A program made the translations under genes and the position numbers. Shown here piece by piece: positions 36,385 to 46,455 of a stretch of DNA of 64,000 nucleotides. Under the pieces are notes generated by a model. That model saw nothing but the letters and a program-made list of their open reading frames with translations, was not told the origin of the DNA and did no database searches. The stretch is from Escherichia phage BP9, in the sequence record PP488543.1, one strand, 5' to 3'. Positions within the stretch are counted from its first letter, which is position 1, and each line of letters opens with the position of its first letter.

Positions 36385-36494
36385 TGTTGCACCCCCTCTT
36401 CATCCTCATGATGTTTCTTTTCACGCTTGTGTTTTTTCTTAAGCTCAAGCGCAATTTCTTTTTTGTACGCCTTCTTCAAGGCTTTTTTAGCCAT
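36381..36494 (-). CDS. small Lys-rich protein (37 aa)
   Basis: ATG 6 nt after GAGGAGG; MAKKALKKAYKKEIALELKKKHKREKKHHEDEEGVQQ; GTGA coupling to next gene; not in track. Confidence 0.4.
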   Translation of the reverse strand: MAKKALKKAYKKEIALELKKKHKREKKHHEDEEGVQQ

Positions 36495-36558
36495 TTGGCA
36501 CCTCCTCTGCTTTCATTTTACGATAATTATACCTATCTAAACAAAACTTTGTCAACAA

Positions 36559-37032
36559 CTAGTCTACCTGAACCCAACCGCCTGATACTTTTTTAAACAT
36601 TCTTTGGTTATCACTGCCTCGGAACGGTTTCTTGGTTGGTAAATCTTTTACATACTTACCGTCAATGATGATATCAGCCAGTTTAAGAACATCACTAGAG
36701 ATATGGTCAAATGTGAACCCAGTATATACAAGAATAGTTTTCTTGTCACCAAATTTTTCCTTAATTTTCTCCATCAGGCTAATAATATCTGGCTCATTAT
36801 AGTATGCTAATGGTTCTCCCCCCAGCAGAGAGATACCGCACACAGATGGGTTATCTAAATCTGACAAGATTTTTTGTAAATCTTCTTCAGTGAACTCTCT
36901 CCCCTTATCTTTTGACCAAAATGCCTGATTAAAGCAACCAGGGCAAGCGTGTGGGCACCCAGATACCCACAAGGCAGTTCTAATACCTGGCCCTTCGGTG
37001 TAAGATATTTCTGTGTATCCGGCAATGTTCAT
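36559..37032 (-). CDS. nrdG: anaerobic ribonucleotide reductase activating protein (radical SAM)
   Basis: CPHACPGCFN radical-SAM cysteine cluster; adjacent to nrdD. Confidence 0.8.
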   Translation of the reverse strand: MNIAGYTEISYTEGPGIRTALWVSGCPHACPGCFNQAFWSKDKGREFTEEDLQKILSDLDNPSVCGISLLGGEPLAYYNEPDIISLMEKIKEKFGDKKTILVYTGFTFDHISSDVLKLADIIIDGKYVKDLPTKKPFRGSDNQRMFKKVSGGWVQVD

Positions 37033-37050
37033 AGATACTCCGCATCACAT

Positions 37051-37146
37051 TTAGGGCAATGCCAAATAAAATCGTCCAGTGCCTTGCACCAACGAAGGTT
37101 GCAACGACAACCACACTTGCAAATTTTATAAATACCTGTAGACATA
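37051..37146 (-). CDS. small Cys-rich peptide (31 aa)
   Basis: ATG after AGGAGGTA; MSTGIYKICKCGCRCNLRWCK...; between nrdD and nrdG; not in track. Confidence 0.25.
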
Positions 37147-37208
37147 CTGTACCTCCTAGCTCACTGTGTGTCAATAATATGCCACATCCTTGTGGCTTTT
37201 GTCAAGTA

Positions 37209-39332
37209 TCAGCAACTACAACTTCCATAGTGCTTAACTCGCTCGATAACTTCCGCTTGCTTACCTTTATTGTAAGGACGGGAGTTAGGGCTGGAAAGGT
37301 ATCCGGACACACGTCGAATTACACTGATCGTTCCCTCTTCATGGTTTCCACACTCTGGGCATACAAAGCCTTTAGCTGTTGCACTGAACTCCCCAGAGAA
37401 ACCACACTTAAGACATTTATCCACAGGTTGGTTAATACCAAAATACATAATGTGTTTATACCCGAAGTCAACAAGAGCTTCTAAAGCATCTAAGTTGTTT
37501 TTCAGATTTGGTGTCTCTACATATCCGATGTTTCCACCAGAGGAGATCATAGCAAAACCTTCCTCATACTTCCACTTATCAAAAGGAGAGCTATTGATCC
37601 ATACTGGCTGATGGAAACTGTTGGTGAGATATTCATGCTCGTGCTTCAACACTTCAGGATATTCACGATCCAGACAGGTTGCAGCTTTATAGCATAGACT
37701 CTCAGAAGGGGTGCCGTACAAGCTAAACGCTAGTCTACTTTCCTTCTTGTATCGCTCACAAGCATCTCTCATGTGCTGAAGTATTCCAAGAGCTAAAGCC
37801 TTGTCACCCTCCCTGCCCAAAATCTGACAGGTTTCATACACACCAATATACCCAATACTGATGGAAGCGTACCCTTCATAGAAGAGTTTATCAATACTCT
37901 CTTCAGGATCCAGGCGAGCAAGAGCGCCTTCACACCACATGATAGGGTTCTGCCCTGCCTTTGTTCCTTTTAGACGGTTAACCCTTACAAGGTGAGCCTC
38001 GTATGCAAGACCCAGGTATTCGTCAAGAACTGCAAAGAAATCAACACCTTCCGTTTTAGCTTTTGCCGCAATCATTGGCAGGTTAAGGCTAACAACGCCT
38101 AAGTTAAATCTGCCAAGGTATTTCTCCTCGCCTGTTTCCAAATCATTGTATTTGCTAAGAAAACTCCGGCAACCCATGCTTGTTACTTTACCCTCTGTCG
38201 AGCCTGTCACTTTACGATTTAGTGGAACAGAAACAAAGTCAGGATAAATCCGCTCTGCAGAGCATTCCAGGGCCAATCTTTTCAAATCATAGTTAGGATC
38301 TCCAGGGTTCATGTTGACACCCTCTTCTAGGAAGAACAGCACTTTAGGGAACACAGGTGTGATACGTTCTTCACCAAGACCCATTTTGTGGACTTTCAAG
38401 TAATTTTTGGTAATCATTCTACCAAAGACCGAGGTATCCAGTCCTAAACTTAATGTGATGAATGGAGTTTGCCCGTTGACAGAAGTTAACGTATTGATTT
38501 GATAGAGTAAAGTCTGCATGCTGTCAAATACGTCTTTATCTGTCATTTGCATTGCAACAGTCTCAGCATCTGGCAACCAATGTTCCTGGCAAAATTTAAG
38601 GTTCTTCTCATAGGTCGCTTCAGCATACTGTGCCAGATAATGATCAATATGGCTCATAGTCTGACCTCCATATTGAGCACTAGCTACTGCACTAGAGATT
38701 TGGCTAAGGATTGTTGTTGCAACCCCTATTGACTTCGGCTTACTGACATGGGCGTTACCAATGTTGAATCCGTTTTCCAACATATCTGGATAATTTACCA
38801 AACAACAGTTTGTTAACGGACTGATCAAATAGTCAAGATCATGCACATGGATGAAGCCTTTATTGTGCTCTTCTGAGACACGGTCTGGCAGGATCTGTGT
38901 TGATGCAAGGTGTTTGCTAAGGATGCCTGCAAGCAGGTCACGATGAGTGTGTACATGATTGGTAGGCTTATTTGCGTTTTCTTTTGTAAATTCATCACAA
39001 GTGCGATCCAAGAAGCCACTAATATCTGCAAGCAGTTTTCCACCTGCCTCTCTGTTATTATCTCTTGTCTGCCTATACTGGATGTATTCTCTGGCTGCAC
39101 ATTTTAAACCCATATCCATAAGAGCGTCTTCAACAAGGATATGGATATTTTTTACAGAGATCGTGCACTGGTCGATTGGTAGATTGTTAGCAACAACTTC
39201 ATTAACCGCGCAGGCGATCCGGTAAGCTTCTTCTTCAGTATGTCCAGACTCAAGTAAGGCGGACTCTGCCGCCTTGATCACCTTAATTCCGTTATAGACC
39301 TCTTCTCTACCGTCCCGTTTTACAACTTTCAC
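37209..39332 (-). CDS. nrdD: anaerobic ribonucleoside-triphosphate reductase
   Basis: N-terminal ATP-cone (VVKRDGREEVY), C-terminal glycyl-radical RVSGY and Cys cluster; GTG start after GGAGAG. Confidence 0.85.
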   Translation of the reverse strand: MKVVKRDGREEVYNGIKVIKAAESALLESGHTEEEAYRIACAVNEVVANNLPIDQCTISVKNIHILVEDALMDMGLKCAAREYIQYRQTRDNNREAGGKLLADISGFLDRTCDEFTKENANKPTNHVHTHRDLLAGILSKHLASTQILPDRVSEEHNKGFIHVHDLDYLISPLTNCCLVNYPDMLENGFNIGNAHVSKPKSIGVATTILSQISSAVASAQYGGQTMSHIDHYLAQYAEATYEKNLKFCQEHWLPDAETVAMQMTDKDVFDSMQTLLYQINTLTSVNGQTPFITLSLGLDTSVFGRMITKNYLKVHKMGLGEERITPVFPKVLFFLEEGVNMNPGDPNYDLKRLALECSAERIYPDFVSVPLNRKVTGSTEGKVTSMGCRSFLSKYNDLETGEEKYLGRFNLGVVSLNLPMIAAKAKTEGVDFFAVLDEYLGLAYEAHLVRVNRLKGTKAGQNPIMWCEGALARLDPEESIDKLFYEGYASISIGYIGVYETCQILGREGDKALALGILQHMRDACERYKKESRLAFSLYGTPSESLCYKAATCLDREYPEVLKHEHEYLTNSFHQPVWINSSPFDKWKYEEGFAMISSGGNIGYVETPNLKNNLDALEALVDFGYKHIMYFGINQPVDKCLKCGFSGEFSATAKGFVCPECGNHEEGTISVIRRVSGYLSSPNSRPYNKGKQAEVIERVKHYGSCSC

Positions 39333-39607
39333 TTTTTCTCTCCAAAACCATTCTTAACAAAAGAGATGAAATCATCGGCACCGCCTATATGGGCACTTTC
39401 AAGATTACTTTCTAAGAAGATCTGCGGCAACGTTCTGGGTACGATTGGACTGCACTTCTCAATAAGCTCTTCTTTTGTGTAACCCTCGCCAAGTGTCTTA
39501 TATACAAAAGGCAGACCTTTACTGACTGCAAATTCTTTTGCTCTTACACAATGTGGGCAGTTATCTTTACCGTAAATAATAAAGAAAAAAGATTTTTCAC
39601 AGCTCAT
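39329..39607 (-). CDS. glutaredoxin-like protein
   Basis: CPHC active-site motif; 92 aa; between nrdB and nrdD. Confidence 0.7.
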   Translation of the reverse strand: MSCEKSFFFIIYGKDNCPHCVRAKEFAVSKGLPFVYKTLGEGYTKEELIEKCSPIVPRTLPQIFLESNLESAHIGGADDFISFVKNGFGEKK

Positions 39608-39610
39608 GTA

Positions 39611-40699
39611 TTAAAACTCCCAAATTTCTTCTTCAGCGTCGTTAACAGTTGTGTTGACTCGGTAGTCAGTGTTCGACATTTCTTGGTTCGCCGTCTGTTG
39701 CAATGAAGGTTTCATCCACACCTGCATAAACGGTAGCGGGTCCTTTGTTGGCGGCACAAAGTCTTTGTCGATATCGTAGTAATCATAAATCGGTGAGCAG
39801 TTATAGTCAACCCATTCTTTAAGCAACGGTGAGTTAAGGCCTATAATCGCTCTTCCTTCGCTGAAAATATAGTCGCTCCAACCGTACTCCTTGGTTCGTA
39901 CTTCATCAAGAATCTCTTTTAACTCCCCTTTTATCTCCAGGAAGCTTTTCTCCCATGCTGGATCGTTAAGCAGGATATCAATGATGGCAAAATCACCTTT
40001 CGAATGTAGCATTTCGTCAAGCATGATTTTTTGAACAAGCTGTGCCACCTGAACAAAAATACCCTGTTCAGCTACTGCGAAAGTGCATGCAAAACTTGCA
40101 ATAAACTCAATACTTTCCAGAGCTAAAAGTGCAAAAAGCGCTCTAAGAATGCATTTCCGCACAATATCTTCTTCAACACTAGAAGGATCCAGTCGGTATT
40201 TTGCACCAATAACCTCAAGCTCTTGCATGTATTTGACAATAACGCCAGATCTGCTCAGAACGTTTTGGTTTTCCTGAATCTCTTCTATAATCTCACGGGC
40301 ATTGGGGAGGCATTGTCTAACAATCTCTGAGTAAGTTAGTGCGTGAAGAACTTCAATCTCTGACTGTTTCATCAATAGAGTGAAAAGCTCACTATTAGTG
40401 ATGAATGGTGAAAAGAGGCAGATGATCGATCTTGCCGCAACGCTATCAGCCTCCCATTGCCACATCAAGGTCTGCACCATTACATCATAAGTTGACTTGG
40501 AGCATGTTACAAAATCTGAAATAGATTGTGACAAATCCACTTCATCCTCTGCCCAGTCTTGTTCTTTTTGTTTTTTGTACAGTTCGAACAGTTGCGGATA
40601 TTTTTTGTTGATAGAGTCGTACATACCCATTTGCTGTCCCAGAAACAGCGGATAGTCACCAGTTTTATGAGCGGTGTTCTCAGCATTAAATACAGCCAT
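39611..40699 (-). CDS. nrdB: ribonucleotide reductase class Ia beta subunit
   Basis: R2-like iron-binding helices; ATG 40699 after AGAGGTAG; track ORF extends into nrdA. Confidence 0.8.
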   Translation of the reverse strand: MAVFNAENTAHKTGDYPLFLGQQMGMYDSINKKYPQLFELYKKQKEQDWAEDEVDLSQSISDFVTCSKSTYDVMVQTLMWQWEADSVAARSIICLFSPFITNSELFTLLMKQSEIEVLHALTYSEIVRQCLPNAREIIEEIQENQNVLSRSGVIVKYMQELEVIGAKYRLDPSSVEEDIVRKCILRALFALLALESIEFIASFACTFAVAEQGIFVQVAQLVQKIMLDEMLHSKGDFAIIDILLNDPAWEKSFLEIKGELKEILDEVRTKEYGWSDYIFSEGRAIIGLNSPLLKEWVDYNCSPIYDYYDIDKDFVPPTKDPLPFMQVWMKPSLQQTANQEMSNTDYRVNTTVNDAEEEIWEF

Positions 40700-40716
40700 T
40701 ATTCTACCTCTAAAAT

Positions 40717-40730
40717 GGGGCCGAAGCCCC
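40717..40730 (-). promoter_or_regulatory. intercistronic hairpin between nrdA and nrdB
   Basis: GGGGC-TTCG-GCCCC between nrdA stop and nrdB RBS. Confidence 0.35.
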
Positions 40731-40737
40731 TTTAAAA

Positions 40738-43053
40738 TTATAGTGCACAGCTTTCGCAATACGGATCTTCAACTGAACTATCTGCAATCAAAGGATAGTT
40801 CTTTCTGGTTTCATCTTCAGCCTGTTTCTTGGCATGAAGTTCCTCTGCCAAGGAGTCACCAGCACCAACCCTAGAGTTTAAATAATACCATGTCTTCATT
40901 CCGAATTTAGTGGCACGGATAAGGTACCCTAGCTGCTCCTTCATTGAAATTTTACCATCTTTCAACTTGGTGTAGTCTATGTATAAATCCGCGCTGATTG
41001 CCTGACCTGTGAATTTTTGAATCACAGCATACATATCGATCATGTCGTTAGTATCAACGTCCCAAGCCGAAGTGTAATACTCTTTCAACTCATCATAGTC
41101 AGGAACGATAAACAGCACCTGCCCTTGTGGCGACTTTTTAAAGATAATGTGCTCACGGACAGGATAAACCCCGTTAGTGGTGTTTGTTGCCAGCGAAGAG
41201 CTTTCATTAGGCATATATGCTTCAAGAACGCTATTACGTAGCCCACCATTTTCAACGATTTCTTTACGTAACCCTTCCCAATCCTGTTTAAGAGAAGGAT
41301 CTTTCACCACGCTATCGACCTCTTTGTTATAGGTGTCGATTGGTAACCAACCTTCTGGATATTTTGTTTTATGCATCCACTCGCAGACACCACGCTCTTT
41401 TGCCAACCGTAAACTTGCCTTATGCAAGCTGTAGCTGTGAAGTTCTGCAAGATCGTGAACGAGCTGTTTACTTTCAGGAGATCCGTAAGTAACCTTGTGG
41501 CTGGCAATAAAATGTGCAACATTGGTAAGGCCAACCCCGATGGATCTGCGTTTTTTAACTGTGCTTTCCATATTTTCATACGGATATGTCATGATTTCCA
41601 TAACATTGTCAATCATAAGCACCGTATAGTATGCAACATCCTCATACTCCTCTGGAGTAACCCTCCCAGCTACAAGAGATGACAGAAAGCACAATGCAAC
41701 CTCTCCATCATCAGCATCGTACTTGAAGATATTACGCATATCTGAATAGCCTTTTGTCGGGAGGGCTATTTCTGCACACAGGTTACTTGAATAGATCACA
41801 TCTTTAAAAGGTGTATGTCTATTCATCTCATCTGTCCAGTATACATACAGCCTTCCCACCTCAGTACGCTGCGTGATCAGTTCAACAGCAAGATCTCTGG
41901 CCCGGATCCATGTTTTAGGAATACTGTCATCTTTAGCAATACGATCAACCTCTGCATCAAACTCCTCCATAGACATGGTGAAGATACCCTCATGCAGTTG
42001 AGGCGCGTGCTTATAAGAAACAAGCATCCAATCCAAATTCTTAGCCACACGGTTGATAAACGACCTATTAATACCGATGGAGTAGTCCATGGTGTTGATT
42101 CTTTTTGAAGCAACAGTCATAGGGTTTCTCAAACGGATTAGCTCATCAATCTGCGGGTCCAGTGCAAGGAATGATACTGTTGCAGAACCGCCACGTGATT
42201 GTTGTCTGTTCTCCTTAACACCAGCATCAATACCTCGATAATATGGAATCTTACCCATATGTTTAATAGTGTTACCACGAACACCATCGCCTGCAGATCT
42301 TGAGGATAAGTAGTAGCCGATACCTGCCTGGTTAACCGTCATTGTGTACGCAACTTCACGTGCCACACCAATAGATTTTGCTGTATCGTCAGCTTTTATT
42401 ACACAACAAGATGCATACCCTGTCTTACCTGTGCGCAGCCCGTTTAAGTACGGTGTCGGGGCATTGATCTTTAAGTCGGACAGATAAGTGTATAATTTTA
42501 CAACATCGTTGATACGACGTTCTTTCGGCATATTCTTCATTACAGCCATTGCTATCCCCATAAACATCATCTGGGGAGATTCAAACAAGGTGTCTTTAAG
42601 AGTATCCTTGATCCCGTATTTGTCGCGAAACTGTTTAAGGACTGCATAGCCATAACCGAGATCTTTACTGTGATCAATAACAGTGCCTAAAGTGTTTAAC
42701 TCGGTAAAGCTATAACCCATATCCTCCCAATACCCTTTCTCAACCATGTCGTTGTAAAATGATGGTAAGGAAGGGATCTTTGTAAACCCTCCAAAAGCCT
42801 CTTTATAAATCTGACCAATAAGAACACGACCAGCCATACGGGAATGTGCTTCGTCTTTACGGCTAACACAGGAGTCTATAATAGCTTGGTTAACTTCTTT
42901 GGTTGTACATCCATCATACAGTCGTTTGTATGCATCCAGTGCAATATGTGACCAATTGCCGTTACCGTCGTCACCGAAAATAGCTGCCTTATTTAAACGT
43001 TCTGGATCGAATGCCACTTCACATCCGTTACTTTTAATTACCTTGGTGATCAA
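40738..43053 (-). CDS. nrdA: ribonucleotide reductase class Ia alpha subunit
   Basis: N-terminal ATP-cone (VIKSNGCEVAFDPERL), 771 aa; TTG start preceded by GGAGG, overlapping upstream stop. Confidence 0.85.
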   Translation of the reverse strand: MITKVIKSNGCEVAFDPERLNKAAIFGDDGNGNWSHIALDAYKRLYDGCTTKEVNQAIIDSCVSRKDEAHSRMAGRVLIGQIYKEAFGGFTKIPSLPSFYNDMVEKGYWEDMGYSFTELNTLGTVIDHSKDLGYGYAVLKQFRDKYGIKDTLKDTLFESPQMMFMGIAMAVMKNMPKERRINDVVKLYTYLSDLKINAPTPYLNGLRTGKTGYASCCVIKADDTAKSIGVAREVAYTMTVNQAGIGYYLSSRSAGDGVRGNTIKHMGKIPYYRGIDAGVKENRQQSRGGSATVSFLALDPQIDELIRLRNPMTVASKRINTMDYSIGINRSFINRVAKNLDWMLVSYKHAPQLHEGIFTMSMEEFDAEVDRIAKDDSIPKTWIRARDLAVELITQRTEVGRLYVYWTDEMNRHTPFKDVIYSSNLCAEIALPTKGYSDMRNIFKYDADDGEVALCFLSSLVAGRVTPEEYEDVAYYTVLMIDNVMEIMTYPYENMESTVKKRRSIGVGLTNVAHFIASHKVTYGSPESKQLVHDLAELHSYSLHKASLRLAKERGVCEWMHKTKYPEGWLPIDTYNKEVDSVVKDPSLKQDWEGLRKEIVENGGLRNSVLEAYMPNESSSLATNTTNGVYPVREHIIFKKSPQGQVLFIVPDYDELKEYYTSAWDVDTNDMIDMYAVIQKFTGQAISADLYIDYTKLKDGKISMKEQLGYLIRATKFGMKTWYYLNSRVGAGDSLAEELHAKKQAEDETRKNYPLIADSSVEDPYCESCAL

Positions 43054-43280
43054 TTTGCTTCCTCCACTTCATTAACGTATTTATCAAGGCAGGTATCAGT
43101 ATCTTGCTGGATAAAGGTATCCTCTTCTACAGAGATATTTATAATTTTACCTGTATACTCGTCATAATAAACATCATCATACATTTTAATATCGTTTGTC
43201 AGACCGTTGAACCAAAGCCAACCAACATATTCTGCCCGACTTGCAAAACCAAGATCCTTCCACTTGGAGTTATGACTCAT
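43050..43280 (-). CDS. hypothetical protein (76 aa)
   Basis: ATG 43280 after AAGGTGG. Confidence 0.45.
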   Translation of the reverse strand: MSHNSKWKDLGFASRAEYVGWLWFNGLTNDIKMYDDVYYDEYTGKIINISVEEDTFIQQDTDTCLDKYVNEVEEAN

Positions 43281-43290
43281 CTTCACCACC

Positions 43291-43791
43291 TTAGCTTTCA
43301 ATACCGAATAATTTTTCCAGGCGATGCAGATCTTCAAAATTGAAAGGTTCATCAACAATATGAATATCTTCAGCCTTTTCAGATTGTTTTGTATACTTTC
43401 TTACATTAACACGATCCTCTACAGGGATATCATACGGAAGATCTTGAACAAGCATTGCCTCACCGGGTGCTTTATCTACATCTAAAATATCTACACCGTT
43501 ATACATTTGTGGGTATCTAAAGTCTGCACGCATGACACCAGCAAATACATCTGCCTTTCGATAATGTGTTGGCTTATTTTTGCATCGAACGTTTTTTCCA
43601 CGAAGAACATCGATATTTTTTAAATCAAACCCCACGGCAAAGAGTGCAGCTCGGAGACCGTTTCGTGTGCGAACGTTAAACCCAGGGACGGTAGATAGGA
43701 AATCCAAAGTAACTGAAATAAATGTCTTTTTAGGAATCATAACATTACTCATATCTGTCTCCATTTCTGGCTCACCAACAAAGTGAGCCAT
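43291..43791 (-). CDS. hypothetical protein (166 aa)
   Basis: ORF between thyX-like and nrdA; no DHFR/dUTPase motifs. Confidence 0.45.
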   Translation of the reverse strand: MAHFVGEPEMETDMSNVMIPKKTFISVTLDFLSTVPGFNVRTRNGLRAALFAVGFDLKNIDVLRGKNVRCKNKPTHYRKADVFAGVMRADFRYPQMYNGVDILDVDKAPGEAMLVQDLPYDIPVEDRVNVRKYTKQSEKAEDIHIVDEPFNFEDLHRLEKLFGIES

Positions 43792-43850
43792 TATTATAGA
43801 TTATCTGATACTATTAGTCAACACAAAAGTTACCTATCGCTGTGATAGGA

Positions 43851-44834
43851 TTAACCTTTCACGAAGTGGTTATTAAGCAGTTGTCTGTGCTGAACCCACC
43901 CACAAAAGTTGGCAGACCAGAATTTACCATCACGGTCTTGATGGGTTACACCTTCCTGCCAAACACAGCTGTCTTGTGTGATTTCACATGAAGATAGATA
44001 GTAGTTTAAACGTTCCATTGCGTTATCGTGATCCATAGGTGTTGCCTGGTGCTCGTAAGGGCTTGCATGAATACGATCCCCACCAATCAATTTCTTAGCC
44101 ACACTGTCTGCCTTTTCAAACGTGCTGTCAATATTTCGATAAGATACTTGTGCACAGCAACTGGCACTGATAGACAGAGCTTCTTTAGTATCGAGGATGC
44201 AGAGCTTTCCTTCTGTGTCACGTACAGCGTAGTTAAACTCTCCGTCCAAATAAACGTGCTCTACATATGGGGTGTGCCATTGACCCGGTTTAAGGATCTC
44301 AGGGGTGCTATTCACAAGAGCTTCCCACATGCAATTAGCCAACATCTGAATCGTAGGATCCGCATCGTGCCAGCAACGGAGGTGGAAAAAATTATTCCAC
44401 TCGGTGCTTGTTACAACTGTTTTCATGCGTTGAAAAGGCTCCACTAAGCGGTTACATACTTGCTTATGGTAACCAGCAAGGGCGAACTTCTCTGCATGCC
44501 AAGCGGCGTTTTTTGCAGCTTCTTTCCAAAATTCTTCAGGAGTTAACTCCATGTCAGTGTACTCTACACGGATCTTTTGATCGTGTTCCCCACCATCTTC
44601 CATCCCTCGCTTATTTGCACCGAAGCGAACTGGCATTGCAGGATTCTCCACAATCTGTTGCAGCATCTTGCCGACAGGAACTGCACGGGAAGACATGGCG
44701 TTTCGGCTGAATACTCGATGCGTCATAAGCTCTGAGTGAATAATTCGAGGATACTCTAGCTCAAAAGTGGTGATTCGCTTACCTTTCTCGGAAATGCTGT
44801 CAGCAATGATCTTTGCAGTGCACAGTTTTAGCAT
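43851..44834 (-). CDS. thyX: flavin-dependent thymidylate synthase ThyX-like
   Basis: THRVFSRNAMSSRA resembles ThyX signature RHRxxSxNExSxR (first Arg replaced by Thr); RBS AAGGAGAG. Confidence 0.55.
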   Translation of the reverse strand: MLKLCTAKIIADSISEKGKRITTFELEYPRIIHSELMTHRVFSRNAMSSRAVPVGKMLQQIVENPAMPVRFGANKRGMEDGGEHDQKIRVEYTDMELTPEEFWKEAAKNAAWHAEKFALAGYHKQVCNRLVEPFQRMKTVVTSTEWNNFFHLRCWHDADPTIQMLANCMWEALVNSTPEILKPGQWHTPYVEHVYLDGEFNYAVRDTEGKLCILDTKEALSISASCCAQVSYRNIDSTFEKADSVAKKLIGGDRIHASPYEHQATPMDHDNAMERLNYYLSSCEITQDSCVWQEGVTHQDRDGKFWSANFCGWVQHRQLLNNHFVKG

Positions 44835-45034
44835 TATTTAGCTCTCCTTGTTTTAATTTTGGAAATTTCGTCTGGGTTTATGTTGGCCTTAAATGCAAGG
44901 TATCTGTTGAACATATCGGAGCACATGTCTTGGGTGATCCTGGAGGCATACACCAGCTTACCTCCCAGATCATACACCTCTAGCCAGTCACCGTATCTGA
45001 CTACAGGATCGCCACCTTTAGAACATCTGCCCAT
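44834..45034 (-). CDS. hypothetical protein (66 aa)
   Basis: TAATG stop/start coupling with thyX. Confidence 0.45.
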   Translation of the reverse strand: MGRCSKGGDPVVRYGDWLEVYDLGGKLVYASRITQDMCSDMFNRYLAFKANINPDEISKIKTRRAK

Positions 45035-45035
45035 T

Positions 45036-45629
45036 TCAAATACCTTCTAAAAACTTTCCTATTTTATACCAGCTATTAGCGGTATAGTCAACACTGACCT
45101 TTAACTCCTCGAATTGCTCATAAGGCGTATCTTTTAGGATTTTAATAACTTCAGGTCGTGAAGCGAATTGGTTCAGGTATTCATGCCTGTCGTCAATTAT
45201 AACATCTACAGCCACATTTCCTTTGAAATGTGTGGCGTAGAAGCCGTGACCCTGGGTGTGATCGTCCAGATCCATAAAATCACTGGTCCAACGCTTTAAG
45301 AACCTTGATTTAGATGCAAGGTGACCTTTCTTGCATACCGAGATAAATGCAAGCTTGTGACCACGAGCCACCAAATCTTTCATAACCTCTATAGCCCCCT
45401 CTTCAGGCTTAAGAAAGTCGTAGAGGAACGGATCACTCCAGAAATCAAAAGGTCCTATGATGTTTTCTTTGGGGCGATCAGGCCAATACTTTGACAGATC
45501 GTAATACATCAGACCATTAGAAGGTTTAGCGACTGTCTTACTGGCTGGACCATACAAACGCTCCAACCACTCCCACCATGCTGTTCCTGAATCTACCAGT
45601 GTCAAATCTACATCAATTCCGATTAACAT
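45036..45629 (-). CDS. HAD-family phosphatase (5'(3')-deoxyribonucleotidase-like)
   Basis: N-terminal GIDVDLTLVD (DxDxT HAD motif I). Confidence 0.55.
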   Translation of the reverse strand: MLIGIDVDLTLVDSGTAWWEWLERLYGPASKTVAKPSNGLMYYDLSKYWPDRPKENIIGPFDFWSDPFLYDFLKPEEGAIEVMKDLVARGHKLAFISVCKKGHLASKSRFLKRWTSDFMDLDDHTQGHGFYATHFKGNVAVDVIIDDRHEYLNQFASRPEVIKILKDTPYEQFEELKVSVDYTANSWYKIGKFLEGI

Positions 45630-46240
45630 TCTTCTTTGGCCTCTTTAGCATCAATATACTTGCACACAATCTCCGATGCACATTCCCAAGGTGCACCTTC
45701 AGGGTTTACAACATCAAACTCAATCCCTTTTATTCCGTTCTTTTCCAGACTTAGGTAGGTTCTGGAATCATTTCCCCAGTCATATCCGACACGGTGAATA
45801 CGGAACAACAACAGATCTCCACCTGTGCTGTAGGCGTACTCGCTAAGGCATGCCAGCTCCTCTTTGAAGCCGCCATCGGAGTAAACAACAACCCCTTTAC
45901 CTTTAGGGAAATCTTTCTTCAAAGATTTGACTGTGGCTTTACCGAAAGCATCCTCACCAAAAATAGGTTTAATCAGATTTTCACTACAATGGATCATCCA
46001 TTCTCGCGGAGAGACATGCTTGCCGTCTATCATTAAGAAAGGGCAAGGATCTTCTTTGTAGTGGCGGTCATAAAGTGCATTCCAAAGTTGAGGAGTTACA
46101 CCAGCTGCCTTAATTGCCACACTAAAGAGCATCTCCTTAACCTCACGGTGGTGTGAGTTAGGAATAGCTTCCAACAAGAGATCTGCAATGTGATCCTTGC
46201 CGCTGCTAGGTGGGGCGTTAAGAACAATAATATCCATCAA
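45623..46240 (-). CDS. deoxynucleoside monophosphate kinase-like P-loop protein
   Basis: IVLNAPPSSGKD resembles T4 gp1 P-loop (SGVKRSGKDT). Confidence 0.55.
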   Translation of the reverse strand: MMDIIVLNAPPSSGKDHIADLLLEAIPNSHHREVKEMLFSVAIKAAGVTPQLWNALYDRHYKEDPCPFLMIDGKHVSPREWMIHCSENLIKPIFGEDAFGKATVKSLKKDFPKGKGVVVYSDGGFKEELACLSEYAYSTGGDLLLFRIHRVGYDWGNDSRTYLSLEKNGIKGIEFDVVNPEGAPWECASEIVCKYIDAKEAKEEC

Positions 46241-46440
46241 AAACCTCCGTGGTATTCTTCAACTGCATCAATAATACTTTTACACTTATCTACCAGCTCG
46301 TTAGCCACTACAGCATCATCTTCCCAAACAGCTTCCTCAATCTGATCAAGCAATGATCGCATCTTACCCATCATTTCTGGGATAAAGTTTTCTGAAAAGC
46401 TGTCTGGAATTGTTAACTTTAGTGTCATTGCGGTCTCCAA
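46237..46440 (-). CDS. hypothetical protein (67 aa)
   Basis: ORF overlapping neighbours by 4 nt. Confidence 0.45.
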   Translation of the reverse strand: METAMTLKLTIPDSFSENFIPEMMGKMRSLLDQIEEAVWEDDAVVANELVDKCKSIIDAVEEYHGGF

Positions 46441-46455
46441 TCATACTATGCGTTA

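Noticed and set aside
43291-43791. Dihydrofolate reductase or dUTPase assignment for the 166-aa protein beside thyX
   Set aside because: No DHFR or dUTPase motifs recognisable; left as hypothetical.
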